Part shown: positions 13,510-27,004 of the stretch, piece after piece | Numbering within the stretch: the first letter of the stretch is position 1 | Layout of the letters: each line of letters starts with the position of its first letter | Program-made: the position numbers and the translations under genes | Source of the DNA: Magallana gigas | Lineage: Eukaryota | Length of the DNA stretch: 64,000 nt | Assembly: GCF_963853765.1 (NCBI RefSeq) | Contig: NC_088854.1 | Location: forward strand, 58,466,001-58,530,000 | Reading direction: 5' to 3' | Notes under the pieces: model-generated | The model's input: only the letters and a program-made list of their open reading frames with translations | What the model was told of the DNA's origin: nothing | Databases searched by the model: none

Positions 13510-13830
13510 GTAAGTCGTACAAACCCATCTAATTATTATCAAATTTCCACGTGCTTGGTGGACAGCAAATGTTTATGACAGGGGTACAGGGTTAGTTTTT
13601 TAAAGTGACCAGTATATGTATTGTAATGTGCATATTAATTGTATATATCTATGAGCTGTACACGTGTTGACCAATTAACAATACAATAGTAGGATGTTTT
13701 AATGTAGGACACTCTAATTATTACCAAATTTCCTCTTGCTTGGTGGACAGAAAATGTTAAATTCATGACAGGGGTGCAGAGTTATTGAAAATGACGAGGT
13801 AACTTAATAGGATGTTTTAATGTAGGACAA
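13510..13830 (+). repeat. Imperfect local direct duplication (period about 185 bp)
   Basis: ctaattatta(t/c)caaattt...gcttggtggacag(c/a)aaatgtt...atgacaggggt occurs at about 13510 and 13715; taggatgttttaatgtaggac occurs twice. Confidence 0.7.
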
Positions 13831-14941
13831 ACACAAAAAGCAACGCCATGATAAAGAGAAAATATAGAACATCGACGAACACGTGCTTTTACATTGTTAT
13901 TTATACGCACAATTTTTGTGTAATAGTTTCGTCCGAATTAAAGGTTAATTGACATGTACCAAGTTCATTATGTAAATCTAGATCATTTAAGATGAATGCT
14001 CGAAAAACTGCGTATTTTAAAGTTTTAATGCTTATAATAAATGTCAGTGTTTTTTTTTCACTTTCTTCCATGACGACTACCACATCACAAATAGTTTCTA
14101 TTACACCCAAATTTTCTCTTATCAAAACTTATAAAACTAGGTGTTTGTCAGCAAGGATTTAAAGATCTATTTAACAAAATATATATGTTGCAATGCAGTG
14201 GTCATATTACAGGATTTGGATTACCTGTGTACATGTAGATAGATTACTTATCATCATTTCACCTGTCCTGACCAAACTTCACAACACGAAACACGCCCAG
14301 ACAAACACAATGCAACACCGTCTTACTTTACATAAGTCTGATACAGTAAACCTCCACCGATCCGCCCCGATTTAACATAATCCATTAATAATATAAACAG
14401 AGCAAATTTTTTTAAATTTCAATATTTACTTAATTTTGGATATAATGGATCTAATTTAATTAAGGCGATCGATTGTTACCCTGCCCGACACACTCTCTGC
14501 TCCCGGCCTCCTTGACCGGTCATTAGGGGTGTGACATGCCGAGGAATAAAGAAAATCTCTTCCTAATTACAATGTTGATATTTACCTCCTGTAAAATCTG
14601 GAAGCTTTAAACTCATTATTTACGTTGACTATGTAAAGAGGTGAACGTCCTGGATATAAAATTGTAAAGTAGCTGTTCTTTGTTATAAATCACACTGACG
14701 TGGTTTCATGTTAAATATCAAATAGGCAAAGAAACATTTATGGTCATTCAGAAATCTAAAAAAAAATTCATCAGATAAAGAAACCCTCACAAGCAAAATA
14801 AATACTTGGGCTTAACAAAGGCAAAAAATCACAATAGACTGAATGCAACCAACTATAAACAACTATACTAAAATTATGTAAAGACTAATAAATGCAACCA
14901 ACATTCAAACCAGTGACAAAAGCAATCACAGTAGCACTTAC

Positions 14942-15174
14942 AAGAGCAATAAAAAGCAACAACGACAACCAAATACGGCAGCTGTATAAATGAGAGCAAC
15001 TAAGAAACCAATGACAGCAACAACATCAGACGACAACAATAATGGCACCGAGAGCAGCGGCGACAACATTAAGACTCGGTGAAAAAGCCCAATAGTTACT
15101 TTGGTAATAAAACAGCAACTGTAACTAAGAAGTCGAGTGCAATAACAACACACATTACACAGGCAGCAAAGCAT
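14942..15174 (-). CDS. Candidate alternative start exon of innexin A encoding a Cys-rich, hydrophobic extension
   Basis: ORF MLCCLCNVCCYC...MLSPLLSVPLLLSSDVVAVIGFLVALIYTAAVFGCRCCFLLL ends at TT|gtaagt (phase 2). In-frame ATGs at 15174 and 15069. Confidence 0.3.
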
Positions 15175-17169
15175 TGTGTATGGTTAGGGCACGGTAAAAT
15201 GGGTGTTTTGCCGCATTATTCAATAAACAAAAATGGGGAAAAAATCGGCGCTATTAAGTGTACATTTAGGATAAAATATTCAAAAATCTTTAAGTAAGAT
15301 TCTTTGTACATTATGAAAGAGAAAAAATTGCCCTTGTTTAACGACATTAGAATATATGCATATAGATACAGGCATTTAAGTATAGATGTTTCTATGAAGT
15401 GCAAATATAACGTTTGATTTTCAAACAGAGTCGATGATATTTGGAGTGTTTTTATCCTGACAATGATTAAACTCCCTAGACAGTTGTTTCCAAAACACAA
15501 TATTGACTTTCTTATCAAAATGACGTTGAAGGGACCATTTCGACTAAACTTTGATCGTGTTTGCTCTCACAGTTAAACTCTGATGTATGAATTGTAAATC
15601 TATCACTATACGTTTGCATTTTTCATTAATCATAAAGAGGTCAAAGGGAATTCACTTGAAGATTTCAGACCCCAACAGAATGAGACACGTGAATAAGAGG
15701 TTGCTTTATAGGGTCTCTTTATCTATATCAGTTGGGTTTTTTTGTACATAAACCGTGTTTTACGTGGTTTCTAGTTGCTGGGACAATGGAACGGTTGGGG
15801 TTACCAATTATGTCCCAGTAAACCTCCTCCAACCCATCCAGGTACTGCTAAGTAGTTTGCTGCACTGTTTTTTGTTCCTTTAACCTGCACCTCAAGCAGG
15901 TATGTCAGCACGTGCATGCTGTCAGGACGACGGAAGCACGACAGAATTCTCATTTACACATTACGTAATATTAAGTAAAATCGAATCAACAAATGCTTCA
16001 TGTTGTCAAATACGTACAAACAAAAAACGAGGTCTTATCTTAAGTACACATTGCATCAAAAGACCGAGTACTCCGAGTGTATATTTTACGACGAATTAAA
16101 GGTATGCATACTTCTCACAAAGAGCGACGAATTTCTACTAGATGTAAGAAGGGAGATACGTGTGACGTCACATACAAAGATTAGTTGATGCGCTCACGGG
16201 CTTGATATCTACAGATATATGTTCTAAAAATCCACCCAACATCTTTTTATCTCTTGATATCGATAATTTGTCACTTTATTATTTAAATCGACCGAATTTT
16301 GTCAGAATTCAGGTGTGAACGTGACGATGCCCACCTGTGGAGACTTTCATCAGAAAGTAATTCTCCCTTTAAGGAGTGCTAATGAAGAATTAACGCAGAG
16401 AAAAAGCCTGTGCTATGAATTACAGTAACTCGCGAACAACCGCCAAAACCCCAAAGGTCAACTTGGGACAAGGGTAGCTCCGCCGTCGGAGGCCCTGCGA
16501 TGTCTGTTTGATACATTGCCCCTGATTTACACGACCTATCGATACAAGTATTGGTTTACGTGTTCTTTAATATCTGCATGTAAACTTCAGAAAAGATCAA
16601 AAGAGGAATTAAATTTATTACCAGATATATTGAGCTTAAATATCTGGCACAAGCCTTTTGTGTTTATTTGATTCCTGTGTTAGATTCTTTTCTTGTCAGA
16701 TCAATTATTATATATGGAAACGCTTTCCATAAAGCATGGACATTTGGTCTGTGTACTCCAGTAGTGTGTGCAATGCGAATAAATTGTTAATGTTATATGA
16801 CGCCAAACCTGTTTATATTTTAAAAAATATTTCTGTGTTTTTCGCAGAAAACGAAACTTTTATAGGTATTTTTTAGCTGTTAAAAACCGAAGTTACAATG
16901 TTGAGAGTGGCGTGACGTTTCAATTGCAACAGTTAGCATAATTTTAAAATCATCTACTTACAGTACTTAAATGCCTGTCAGCTATAAAGTACGTTATCTT
17001 ATAAGTTTTTATGATAATGTATAGTTAACAGTAGATTGTCCCTACCGTTATAACCATATATAGTTTGACATGTAGTTTTGCTTTGCTTTGAATTGTGATA
17101 TCATCTTCCTATGTCCTAATCTGCTGTGAATTGGCCTGATTCATCACTGATACCTTATATCCAGATTGT

Positions 17170-17223
17170 TGTCATGTTGTAAATTTTGAATTTACTTGTT
17201 GGGTGTAAACATGACCTGTTGTA

Positions 17224-17261
<38 letters not shown>

Positions 17262-17272
17262 ACAACATGACA
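17170..17272. mobile_element. Palindromic MITE TGTCATG...CATGACA (Ginger-like), TSD TTGT
   Basis: Long terminal inverted repeats tgtcatgttgtaaattttgaattta / taaattcaaaatttacaacatgaca, with ttgt on both flanks. Confidence 0.8.
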
Positions 17273-20200
17273 TTGTTCAGAAAACAAATAGTCAAATATT
17301 ATAATAACAATTACACATAATTCGACTCTCTAGATTTGAAGTGTTTTCGAAATATAATTAATGCTAGTGTGATATACTAGTAAATGGGATTTTGATGTGC
17401 ATGTACTTTGAGGAACTTTTTTAACTTACGTCAGACATTGTTTTATACAACACACCTGCAATTATTTGGCAGAGAAATGTTAATTAATCATAACGACGTT
17501 TTTTCACAATCGTTTCATTGAGAACTTGACTTGAGTAATTAAATGTTTTCAGTGAGAACTTTCTGTAATCTCGCCGTCCTATTGCATGATTGTCCCGGTA
17601 AAAGTTTGGTCTATGTGATTAAGATATGTTTGTCTGCGCGCAATCTTGTCCAATAGTTTACCTCTAGATCTGGGTTTCCTTTTGGGCCGATGGCTAGCGT
17701 GGGGGTCGAGGCGGACATTTATACCTATTATTTACCTACATGTTGTAAAACCTTGATTTTATTATTGCGCCCCACTTGGAAAAGCAAAGTCCATAAATAG
17801 TTGCTGAACTATACTAAAACACGTTTCTGGGCAAATATATGAAGTATAAATATGACAAATAAATAATCGTAGATCTTAATGCAAAGGATGCCCCGCCGGA
17901 ACAAACCGCACAATAAAACAGAAATAAAGAAAGGAACTGCAATTTGTTGGGGATTTGGACATTGTTTTGGGCACTGGCCAATTCGATCGGCCTTACAAAT
18001 TTCACTTTATCTGCCTCCTTCAAGGGCAAATAGAACATTTGTCTTTCAAAATGGAAAGGGTAAAACTTTTCCAATCAAGCAATCAATCCCTACTGAAGGG
18101 TTCGATCCCTTATCGGTGGAGCTCGCCCTCTAAATTAAACTACAGTTTGAATTTTAATCCAATCTCGGAAACCCCTTTTCATTACCCAAGAGCAAATTTA
18201 TATATGTTTCTGATTTATGCAAATTCTGGTTTTTAAAGAATAATGTGTGTGTTACTCCAAGGAGATTTAGAGTTTGATGGATGTATGTGTATTTCCTTGA
18301 CGATTCTCTCCTAAAAAACAAACCTACCGACATTAGTTCCCGACAACCCACCGTGATCTAAAGCAGCACAAGATTGATGTTTTAAATCACAATATCACCA
18401 AAAATCTACATCCTATTAAAAACAAAATAAAAATTCCTTAGTGGGGTTTTATGTAAATGTATGCAGTAACAATACGTAAGAAATTAGTGTCTATATATGG
18501 AGAGGTGAACCCTGAAATGTCGCTCTCTGAAAGCGCTTGCAATATCTTTGTGTATTGCAAATGTCATTAAACAGCGATAAGAAATGAATTAAAAACAAAC
18601 ACTTTACTGCTAATCATTTCTACCCCCCAATATACAAAGGCGAGGGGGGTTCCTTTGTCGCAAACCGAATTTGTACCTTGAAATGTAATTGACAGAGTGT
18701 TTGATCTGAATTTGAGGGTTGAGCGAGAACGAGTGCATTAGTCGTTATCTGAAATGTAATGAAATGGAAATAAAGTCGATATAATTTGTATTTTGGCATA
18801 CAACATGAATTTGTTTTGCATTTGAAATATCCATGAGGTTTTTCTACCTCTATAAGATTTCATAGTAGGGTTGGGAAAGGAATGGGGTACGTTTGGAGAA
18901 CCATGCAACAGATGACCTCAGAATCACCATTATGATGTTTGTTTTTTCTTGTTTAGACTAGCACGTGGTACCCAGTACCCGTCCCACATCTTTAATTAAC
19001 TGGGTCAGATGGTCAGTATCAATGAAGCTGGTCAAGCGGACCGTAAGGTACTTGTCACCCGGCGGTCCTCCGACACCTGTGGCTGTCTAACGTCTATCTT
19101 ATCCTTGTCTGTGCCCACATTTAAAAATGATATATGTTTTTGAATTTTACTTTGACAAATGGGATGTGTCAGTAATATTAACTTTGAAGCGGTGATCTTA
19201 AAACTTTTCGGCAGGTTCAAGTCAAATAGTTAATTGCAATTTTTGTCATACAATTACACTGTGTCATTTTGCCGCATTTAGAAGACAGTGTTTGGTATTT
19301 CTTTGTAATTATGTAACAGAAACATATTTCACCGATTTGAACAACCTCTGAACATAGAACACGGCAGACATTAAAGTCGACGAGGGACTGGTCGCCTTTT
19401 GAAGTCCTCTCAGAACCCCGACTCGCGCGTGCATTTTCCTGTCAGGACGGAAGCAGGAGCCATGTAAACAGCTCAGAGGTTCATGCAACAGAACAAACTT
19501 TTAAATCAGTTAAAACAACCCGATTCCTCCGAACAAAAAGTTTACCTCTCCTCCAGTAACGTAACTTCCTATAATGCAGCCATGTAAGACCGCGTAAACC
19601 ACTTGACCAGTACCGGAGGGAAGGATAGTCGTATAAGTATGTACTAGTGTACACTGTGACTAAGTACTATGTGACGTAACGCACGTTGTGTCACTAGTAA
19701 GTGGTCCCGTTACGTCGACAAGTGCCTGTTACGTTTCCTTGTGGTAATACCATGTAATGCACTGATCGAGATTAGAGACCAAGTTTATGACAAATTATAT
19801 TTACTTATCGTTCCAAATTTAATATACGTGTTATAATAAGTAAACATATCGTCCTTCTTAAAGACCAAAACTTGAGGAGTATCTTCTGGGGAATAAGAAT
19901 GTCTTGGTCCTTTTGATGACCCCCATACTGTGTGGTGTTGATTGATGGTTCGAAGGATATGTAGAGTAAATATAATCAACTGCCTTCTTAAACACGAGCT
20001 GGCCGTGAGTGGGTGAGGGAAATACCTATCAGTGACCAGGGGGCCATCTGCATATCTTGTTTAATTGCCTTTGTTTACATCATTTGGTGTATGTTAAAGA
20101 TTCAGAGAATAAAGTCTGAGTCAATGGACGTGTCACGGAAACGTCTCTTACATACATGTACATTAAAAAAAATCAGGCAATTCACTGATGCAATTTTAAT

Positions 20201-23200
20201 TTGAAATTTGAGAAAACGAATAATTACCTATTTCTTTAATTGAAGCACCTGTTTAAATGAATGGCTGTCGTACCTGTGCACTTGTGTAAGAGGCGTCAGG
20301 CAGACGTTTCTCTCTGACATCTAATGACTCAGAATGACAAAGTTCTCTCTGTAAAACAGACACTCTGGTTTACTGCATACTCTCTCTCTCTCTCTCTGAA
20401 AAATTTCTCTTTCCATCTAGCTTTATCCATTAATCAGATTCATTATAAACGCTCTGATTCTTAAGTAAGACTGTACAGCTAGAAAAACAAACGACTATTC
20501 ATTAGAAATAGTAAAGTTTTCCCCGTGGGGTCCGACAGATAAACTTTCTTTGTCCCGCTCTTTTTTGCAGGTAACCCGGAAAATTTCGGCTTTGTGACGT
20601 AACAGACTGGCCGTTGCATATCTCGCCCACCATGTGGCTTAATGATAGCGAAATAATGTCCCCTAACAGCAAGGTGTTGAATGTTGGGTAATAAATTAGC
20701 GATAGCATGCCAATATGTGCAGGATGGGTTCGGTCAAAGTGTCCAGCAGTGGACCGGTGTCAGCGACCAGCTCCAGCCAATACAGTGTCATCACCCCGCG
20801 TCCACTAAACGACGCCAGTGCCCGCCTCAAGTCAATAGATCGATATTTGTACACTTCAAACATTGTTTACAAATTTATTATCTTATGTGTAAAAATTTCA
20901 AGAATGTTTAAAAAAGAGTGGGTTCACAAAAAGCGAAACTTAAGTTTGAATATGAAATTTGGTCAATTTATCAAAAGTGTAGGCATCCTTCATTTTCAAA
21001 CTGTCATAAAGGTTTATTTTCATGTATTGACTATGTTGTCGGACCGAATTATTAACAAGTGAGAAAATACAACTGTCGCTAACCTCTAGCTGTTTCTTTT
21101 TAAGATATATGATCTAAGGAACAGAGAGGGCAAAAGGTCAAAATTAGAATTAGCTAATATGACACAGACCCATCAAGTTACGCGATAATTCATTGTGTCA
21201 TCCACATAAACATCCGAGAAAAACAAACTTTGTCGAAATTAGATTTACATACACACAAAGGCTGGCGACCTGTTAGAGTAACCTTGTTGTCACAGCTTCA
21301 TGCTGGGACCCATTTCACAGGTTCGTTATGATGACGTAACAATGGCCGAGGGGCACCTGGGATACATTCTCCATTAAAATCCCTCCTGCTTAACCAAGCG
21401 GGGAGATTGATTGTAGTGATTAACGGTTACATAAGGCCCCTCTACAGATGACCACATCAGAACTGGTATTGGTGACTTTTACTAGGACAGCAATAAGAGC
21501 AATATCTGTCAAAATAGTGTGTCCAATACTTGTAAATGACACGTGTGAAAGTAAGCTAAGCAAAATTGAAGTTGGTTGAAAATAAACAAACACGAAGAAA
21601 CATAAATATTTATAGAGAATTGTTTGCATATTCCCCTTGTTGCTATTCTGTTGCAACTTTTTCTGTCGTATCATTTATAAGGTTTCTCTTTAAACTTAAT
21701 TTCTTATAATATAATCATTATGAGAAAGCTTTCACTTATTTTGACTTTTGGTTACAGTTCCCATGAAAATATTCCAGATTTTTTTCTTCTCAAATCTGAT
21801 AAATGTACAATGGTATCGTATACTTAGTGCTGCAAATAGTAAATGATAAAGGAGATTGGAATTTTTTTTTGTAACTGAATAAATAAAAAAAAAATGTTCA
21901 TACTTTTAACAGCAGACCCTGTTGTGAACCCCAAACCATGGTCATAATACCTGAAGCATATCGCGTTATTTGTTTTACCTTGGGGACATTTTTTGATAAT
22001 ATACACTACAAGTCTGACAGATTCTCCCGTGTAAAATTATGACTTTTATGTTTCCAGCCAATCAGAGTGTTAAGAAGGATTTGTCCTACTTAGTTAAGCT
22101 CCGTAAACCCTGGCGGAGATCTTGTTCCTTGTTTTCGCCAACATGCACTTGTAGCAGGCCTTGCTATGCGGTAATTTGCATGTCATGCACGTACAGACAT
22201 TACCTATTTCTTATTCGTAAGGACTGATTCAAATTATGGAATAACAAAGTTCAACATCTTATATAAGAGCAAGGCTGACTCACTGGTGTTTCAATAGCCA
22301 TTTACTTATTATGGAGGTTTTTCCTTTTTGTCAAAAACGGAGAAAAAACCCCAAGATCCATGTTCTGATTATATCTTAAGCGAGACGAGCTATTTCCTAT
22401 GATTTTTATTTTGTTAAATTGTCAAATATGCATAATTATGGTAATTCTGAATGTAATTTATCATGTATACATTATGATAAGTAACAATAATAGCGCAGAA
22501 CGTTTTCTGAGAAGGACCTTTCTTATAAAATGGATGTGAAAGAATTTGAATTTTTTTTTAAAAATCGCTTTTTGTTCAAAAGATTATACCTTCAGTTTAG
22601 CATTTTAAATTTGATCCGAGCTTCAAAGATTTTGTATTTTCTTAATACATGTAAGGGTTAGTATGAAATTTTTTCTTTACCTTTTTTTCTTTTGGTTCAA
22701 ATATTACAAAAATCAAAAGCAAATACTATAGATAATTTGTCAAAGCAAAAACCAGGTTAAACTAAACAGCAGCAGTGAATGAAAATTTAAAAGATATCGT
22801 TGGTAAATAAATTGAATAATAAGTATTTTTTTTTAAATTTTGATCAAGTAGCTTTTGCCACGATGGTGTAAACTGAAGATTTTTTAAAAACTCTTTTCCC
22901 TTGTCATTTAGACTGTTAGTGACAATCCAAATTTTCCGACACGAAATTGCAGCTGTAAGTGTTGTATAACGTCATCATATTTCTCTTGTTGATGTCTCAA
23001 ATGACAACTACTCGATTGAAGAAGTTATCGCCTACACACAAATCATTCCATATATCATGTGCTTCTCCCTTAAACCGTCCCCGAATTCTTACTCATATTT
23101 ATTTCAATATCGCGTAAAAGTGCTGATCTGCATTATCATTTGCAGTGCAAGCCATTTGCATTTGATCATTCAAAACTAAAGCGTCGTTTCACAAAACGCC

Positions 23201-23781
23201 CTTACATAGCATTCTCCTTGTCTTGTGTCTTATTTTTGATCCCCTACTTGATCATTCTACATGTATACCTTGTTTTTTTTATTTGTCTCAAATTGATAAG
23301 ACCTTCAAAACGATGTCGTAATATTTAGTAACGTTCTCAATCAAAGACTTATCATAGTTGATATTTATTGGTACTTTAAGTAAATTATTTGGGATAAAAT
23401 TATGGTTTTTCGGTCTAGGCTTTCGGAAAATATTGCAAATATGTTGGGCGTGTGTGGACTGTTTGTGATGAGGGCGTTATAGGTAGACCCGGAACAAACA
23501 TGATACATCGCGTGACGTACTGGACGGTTGTACACCTCCGTGTGTACAGTCTCATCTCTGTAATCCCCGAGCATCCCGGGTCTGACAATTTTTGCAAAAA
23601 AGCCGGCCAAAACTCACATGACCCCATAGTATGGGCCACCTAATCTTGGCTCTTATCTGTACAGTATATCCGCACGAGCGCTGTACCGACACGTCGTCCA
23701 TCCACCCTGCTGTTTACCTACCTGAGACGTACCTGCTATACAGACCTTCCCTGACCTGTGAGGGCTGTTAACTAGAGTTAC

Positions 23782-23792
23782 CTGAGAGACAT
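23782..23792 (-). CDS. Candidate alternative start mini-exon of innexin A (MSLS)
   Basis: ttctgtaaacag|atagATG TCT CTC AG|gtaact: phase-2 donor, with a possible acceptor 4 nt before the ATG. Confidence 0.3.
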
Positions 23793-24198
23793 CTATCTGT
23801 TTACAGAATGCAGAAAAAAAAATCACACCACGCTTATTTCGAGGAGCAAAGTCCTATGAGAGGGGTGGAATTTGAACCTCAAGGTCTATAATATATAATC
23901 CTTCATCAAACTTTTGTATTTTACACCATGAAATTAAGATTTCTCTTGATTTACTGGAGTCATTTCATCCTAGATCTTTGCTTGATTTAAGTTGTGGATT
24001 TGTTATCCATCGGACGGGTTTCCAATCTGTTTGAACTGAATATTTACGATGCTAAATTAAATTGATCTTTTCAAGAGGTACAAGTTTTGATAGGTAAGAG
24101 GCAATTACATATTGTGCCATAATTATTCGAAATAAACAGTAAATTTCGGGGCATTATTATCAATAAACATTTCTTTAATCACGTTCTTGATGTCTTAC

Positions 24199-24262
24199 AG
24201 CGTAGCACAATAAGTAAAAGCGTCAGTAAATGATCGGCTTGTCCTGGGTTCGAAACCCTCAG
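24199..24262 (+). mobile_element. tRNA-derived SINE head relic
   Basis: A-box-like TAGCACAATAAG and B-box GGTTCGAAACC at tRNA-like spacing, but no intact cloverleaf or acceptor stem. Confidence 0.4.
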
Positions 24263-25755
24263 TGACTTTTAAATATCTTAGCATTTTAAAAATAATATAA
24301 AAATATTTTCCGATCAAAGACTGTACAAATTCAACACTTTGAAACAAACGGTGATTATATTTTGATATCTGATGTATTGTCAACCACTTTAAGATATCAA
24401 TTTGTCTTGTTATTCATTTCCTAATCATTGCAAGATTGCAGCTTCTTCACCGACCAAGATTTTTTTCTAAGTGGCATTATAGTAAGAAAAGGGTCTAATA
24501 AACTTTTTCTGACTGAGTTTGATAAACATGAGATCCAGTATATTGATTGATGGTACGATTCAGTGCTACACTGTGTATGCCATTTGTTTCCCTGTCCTCA
24601 GTTAGCAAATGGATGTGACTTGGACGGTCTTAATCGACCATAATAGCCGTGTTTATCATTATTTCCTCTGTAGAGAAATAAGCACCTAAAAACTGCATTC
24701 ATCTTGTCACACACACACACCCACCGTGGGCCATTGAAGAAGATAAGAGAGAGATACTGCTCATTGAAAGCAACCTCTCTTTGTCTTCTGGGACCTTTGA
24801 TTTACCGATAGTTTAGGTACAGTCATGTGTATTCCCTCAAAAACAGGTAAATAAACATAAATAATAATGTCCTCTGGCGAGTAAGCCTCGAGACATGCAT
24901 GTCTTTTTTCCGGTATGTTGAGTTTTAAGAAAACGCAGACTAACAGTTTTTGACTTTATGGCATGACAAAATTATCTCACAAATTGTACAAAAATAAACA
25001 GATTTGTTAAAAAGGTAAAATATACCTGAAACACAAAAAACAAGTCAGATGTCTTAGAACAGTGAAAAACATTCATTTTTGAAAAATATAAAAAGGGATG
25101 GAAGAAGGAATTCAAAACATGAAAAGGTTTGTATAAAAACTTGCTTTGTTAGGGTAAAAAAAATAAAAACCCATTAGTTTCACATTCGTTGTTAAACTGT
25201 TAATAACACACATCAACATTCCTTGATAACAACCCGAAAAATAAATTCACGTATTAACAATAGAAGATCATGGCTTCAAACGGAATGAGTAGCACCATCG
25301 TTCCCGTACAACTACATGTAAATGGTTAATCACAGCATCATTCAGACAATGCCAACAAATGACGTATCGGGCAAAAATTGTTTATAAAAGTACAAAAAAA
25401 AACCCAAAACGCAAAACACTTAGTATAACGGTACATAAGTACAAAGTCATCCACTAACTGAATGAAGTGTTTGTTGCATAGTCACATAACCCTTCAATGA
25501 CGGTCAAGTGATTAATGCTCTAGTGGCCATAGACGAGACGTCATCAACCGGAAATAACATAGCACCTAAAATACCAAGTTCTGTCCTGCTCAGATGTAAA
25601 ATATTTTGTTCTGTTCAAATTCTGGAATCACGTCCCCAAAAAGGGACGACTTGTCAACTCGATTAAATTAACTGCAACCACTGCCTAACTTCCGGTCAAC
25701 TGTGGAAGCGTGGAGCGTGACCGCGCGGTGTCCGCGTTTCAGTCTAGCACAAAGT

Positions 25756-27004
25756 CTACGCAGAGCTGTTCAATAAATGGCTTCCACTGAGTGGCTCTTT
25801 CTCACTGTTCATCATCGGCTCATCTTCAACGTTATTAGAATGAGGCTTGTGCTTGTTTTTGAAGATTTTCCAGAGTTCTTTGATTAAATCGGCCACAACC
25901 AGATTTGTGGAGTTCTTGGAAATCACGTACATGAGAAAGATTCCGTCATTTCTCAAATAGTCCCTGGAGAATTTAGCGCACAACTTCTTGTCAAACCCTG
26001 AATTGATCTCATTGCTTGTTTTCAAGTACTTTTTGACATATTGCACTTTGTTGTTTTGATACAGTTGATAGAAAACCCACTTGACCAAGTTCACGGCTGT
26101 TAGAAAAGCTATCAAACAGTACCAGAACCAAAGGAAAATGAAGATTTTTTCGTTGAATAGGTTCACCGGAAGCACACACTGCACGGTCCATCGCTGAAGA
26201 TTCTGTAGTTGACGGATCTGGAAGTCACACAGGGTGACCCTGGGAAAGCGGGGGGACTCCATCATTGGTTCGTTTTCGATCAAACTCTTGATCACCTCGA
26301 ACCCGTAAAGGTTGTACTTGGTGGCCATGAAGGCATTAAGGAGGAAGAACTGACCGATGACATTCGCCATGTACAGAATCTTGATGGTGATGAAAAGCCC
26401 CACGAGGTAGGTCCCTCCCCGACGATCGCACATGAAGAAGCAGAACGTCTGCGCCCTCTTCTTAGCGCGAACGAAAATGTTGTTTTTGTATTCCTGATAG
26501 GTGTCCAGCCACTTGTCCAGGTACATAGCGAGGTTCTTGATCGCCTCGGCCCTGTCCTCGGGGGAACCGAGCTGAGTCTCCTCAGACATGGCCACGATCT
26601 TGTCCAGGTTTACTCCCGAGGCGCTATGGGTAAATCGCCAGAAAAGGTTCGGGATCTTGAATAATAGTGCCTGGAACAAGAGAATAATTGGCACCCACTG
26701 GTAGTACGTAATTTCCGCATCCTGTCGCTGGCGGATGTCTATAGGAATGGTTTCTTCCATCGGAATGTAGTAAGTATTGGAGATCCAGCAGATGTACGTC
26801 GTATAGGCTTCGTAAGCGTCCGTAAACTCGGCCGGGCACCAGCATTGTATTGGTTCTCCCACGAACTGGCCCGTGCTGACGACGACAGCGAAGATGACGA
26901 GGAGGAGGACGGTGTAGCGATGATTGAGGCGGTCGATCCAGTCATCGTTGTTTGTCCCCCTGAGTTTGGAGATGGAGGGGACTGCTCCTAGTATGCCTTC
27001 CACC
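25756..27004 (-). CDS. Innexin B, main coding exon (415 codons plus stop)
   Basis: ORF 25756..27015 encodes an innexin: four hydrophobic segments, CWCPAEF...CW, YYQWVP, FPRVTLCDF...CVLPVNLFNEK. The true exon starts at acceptor ttgttttgtag|G (27004, phase 2); the TTG start in the ORF track is intronic. Confidence 0.97.

Noticed and set aside
17428-17442. ATG TCT GAC|gtaagt with a consensus donor
   Set aside because: Phase 0, incompatible with the phase-2 innexin A acceptor.
24199-24262. Possible tRNA gene
   Set aside because: Only A/B boxes are present; no pairing acceptor or anticodon stems. Kept as a SINE relic.
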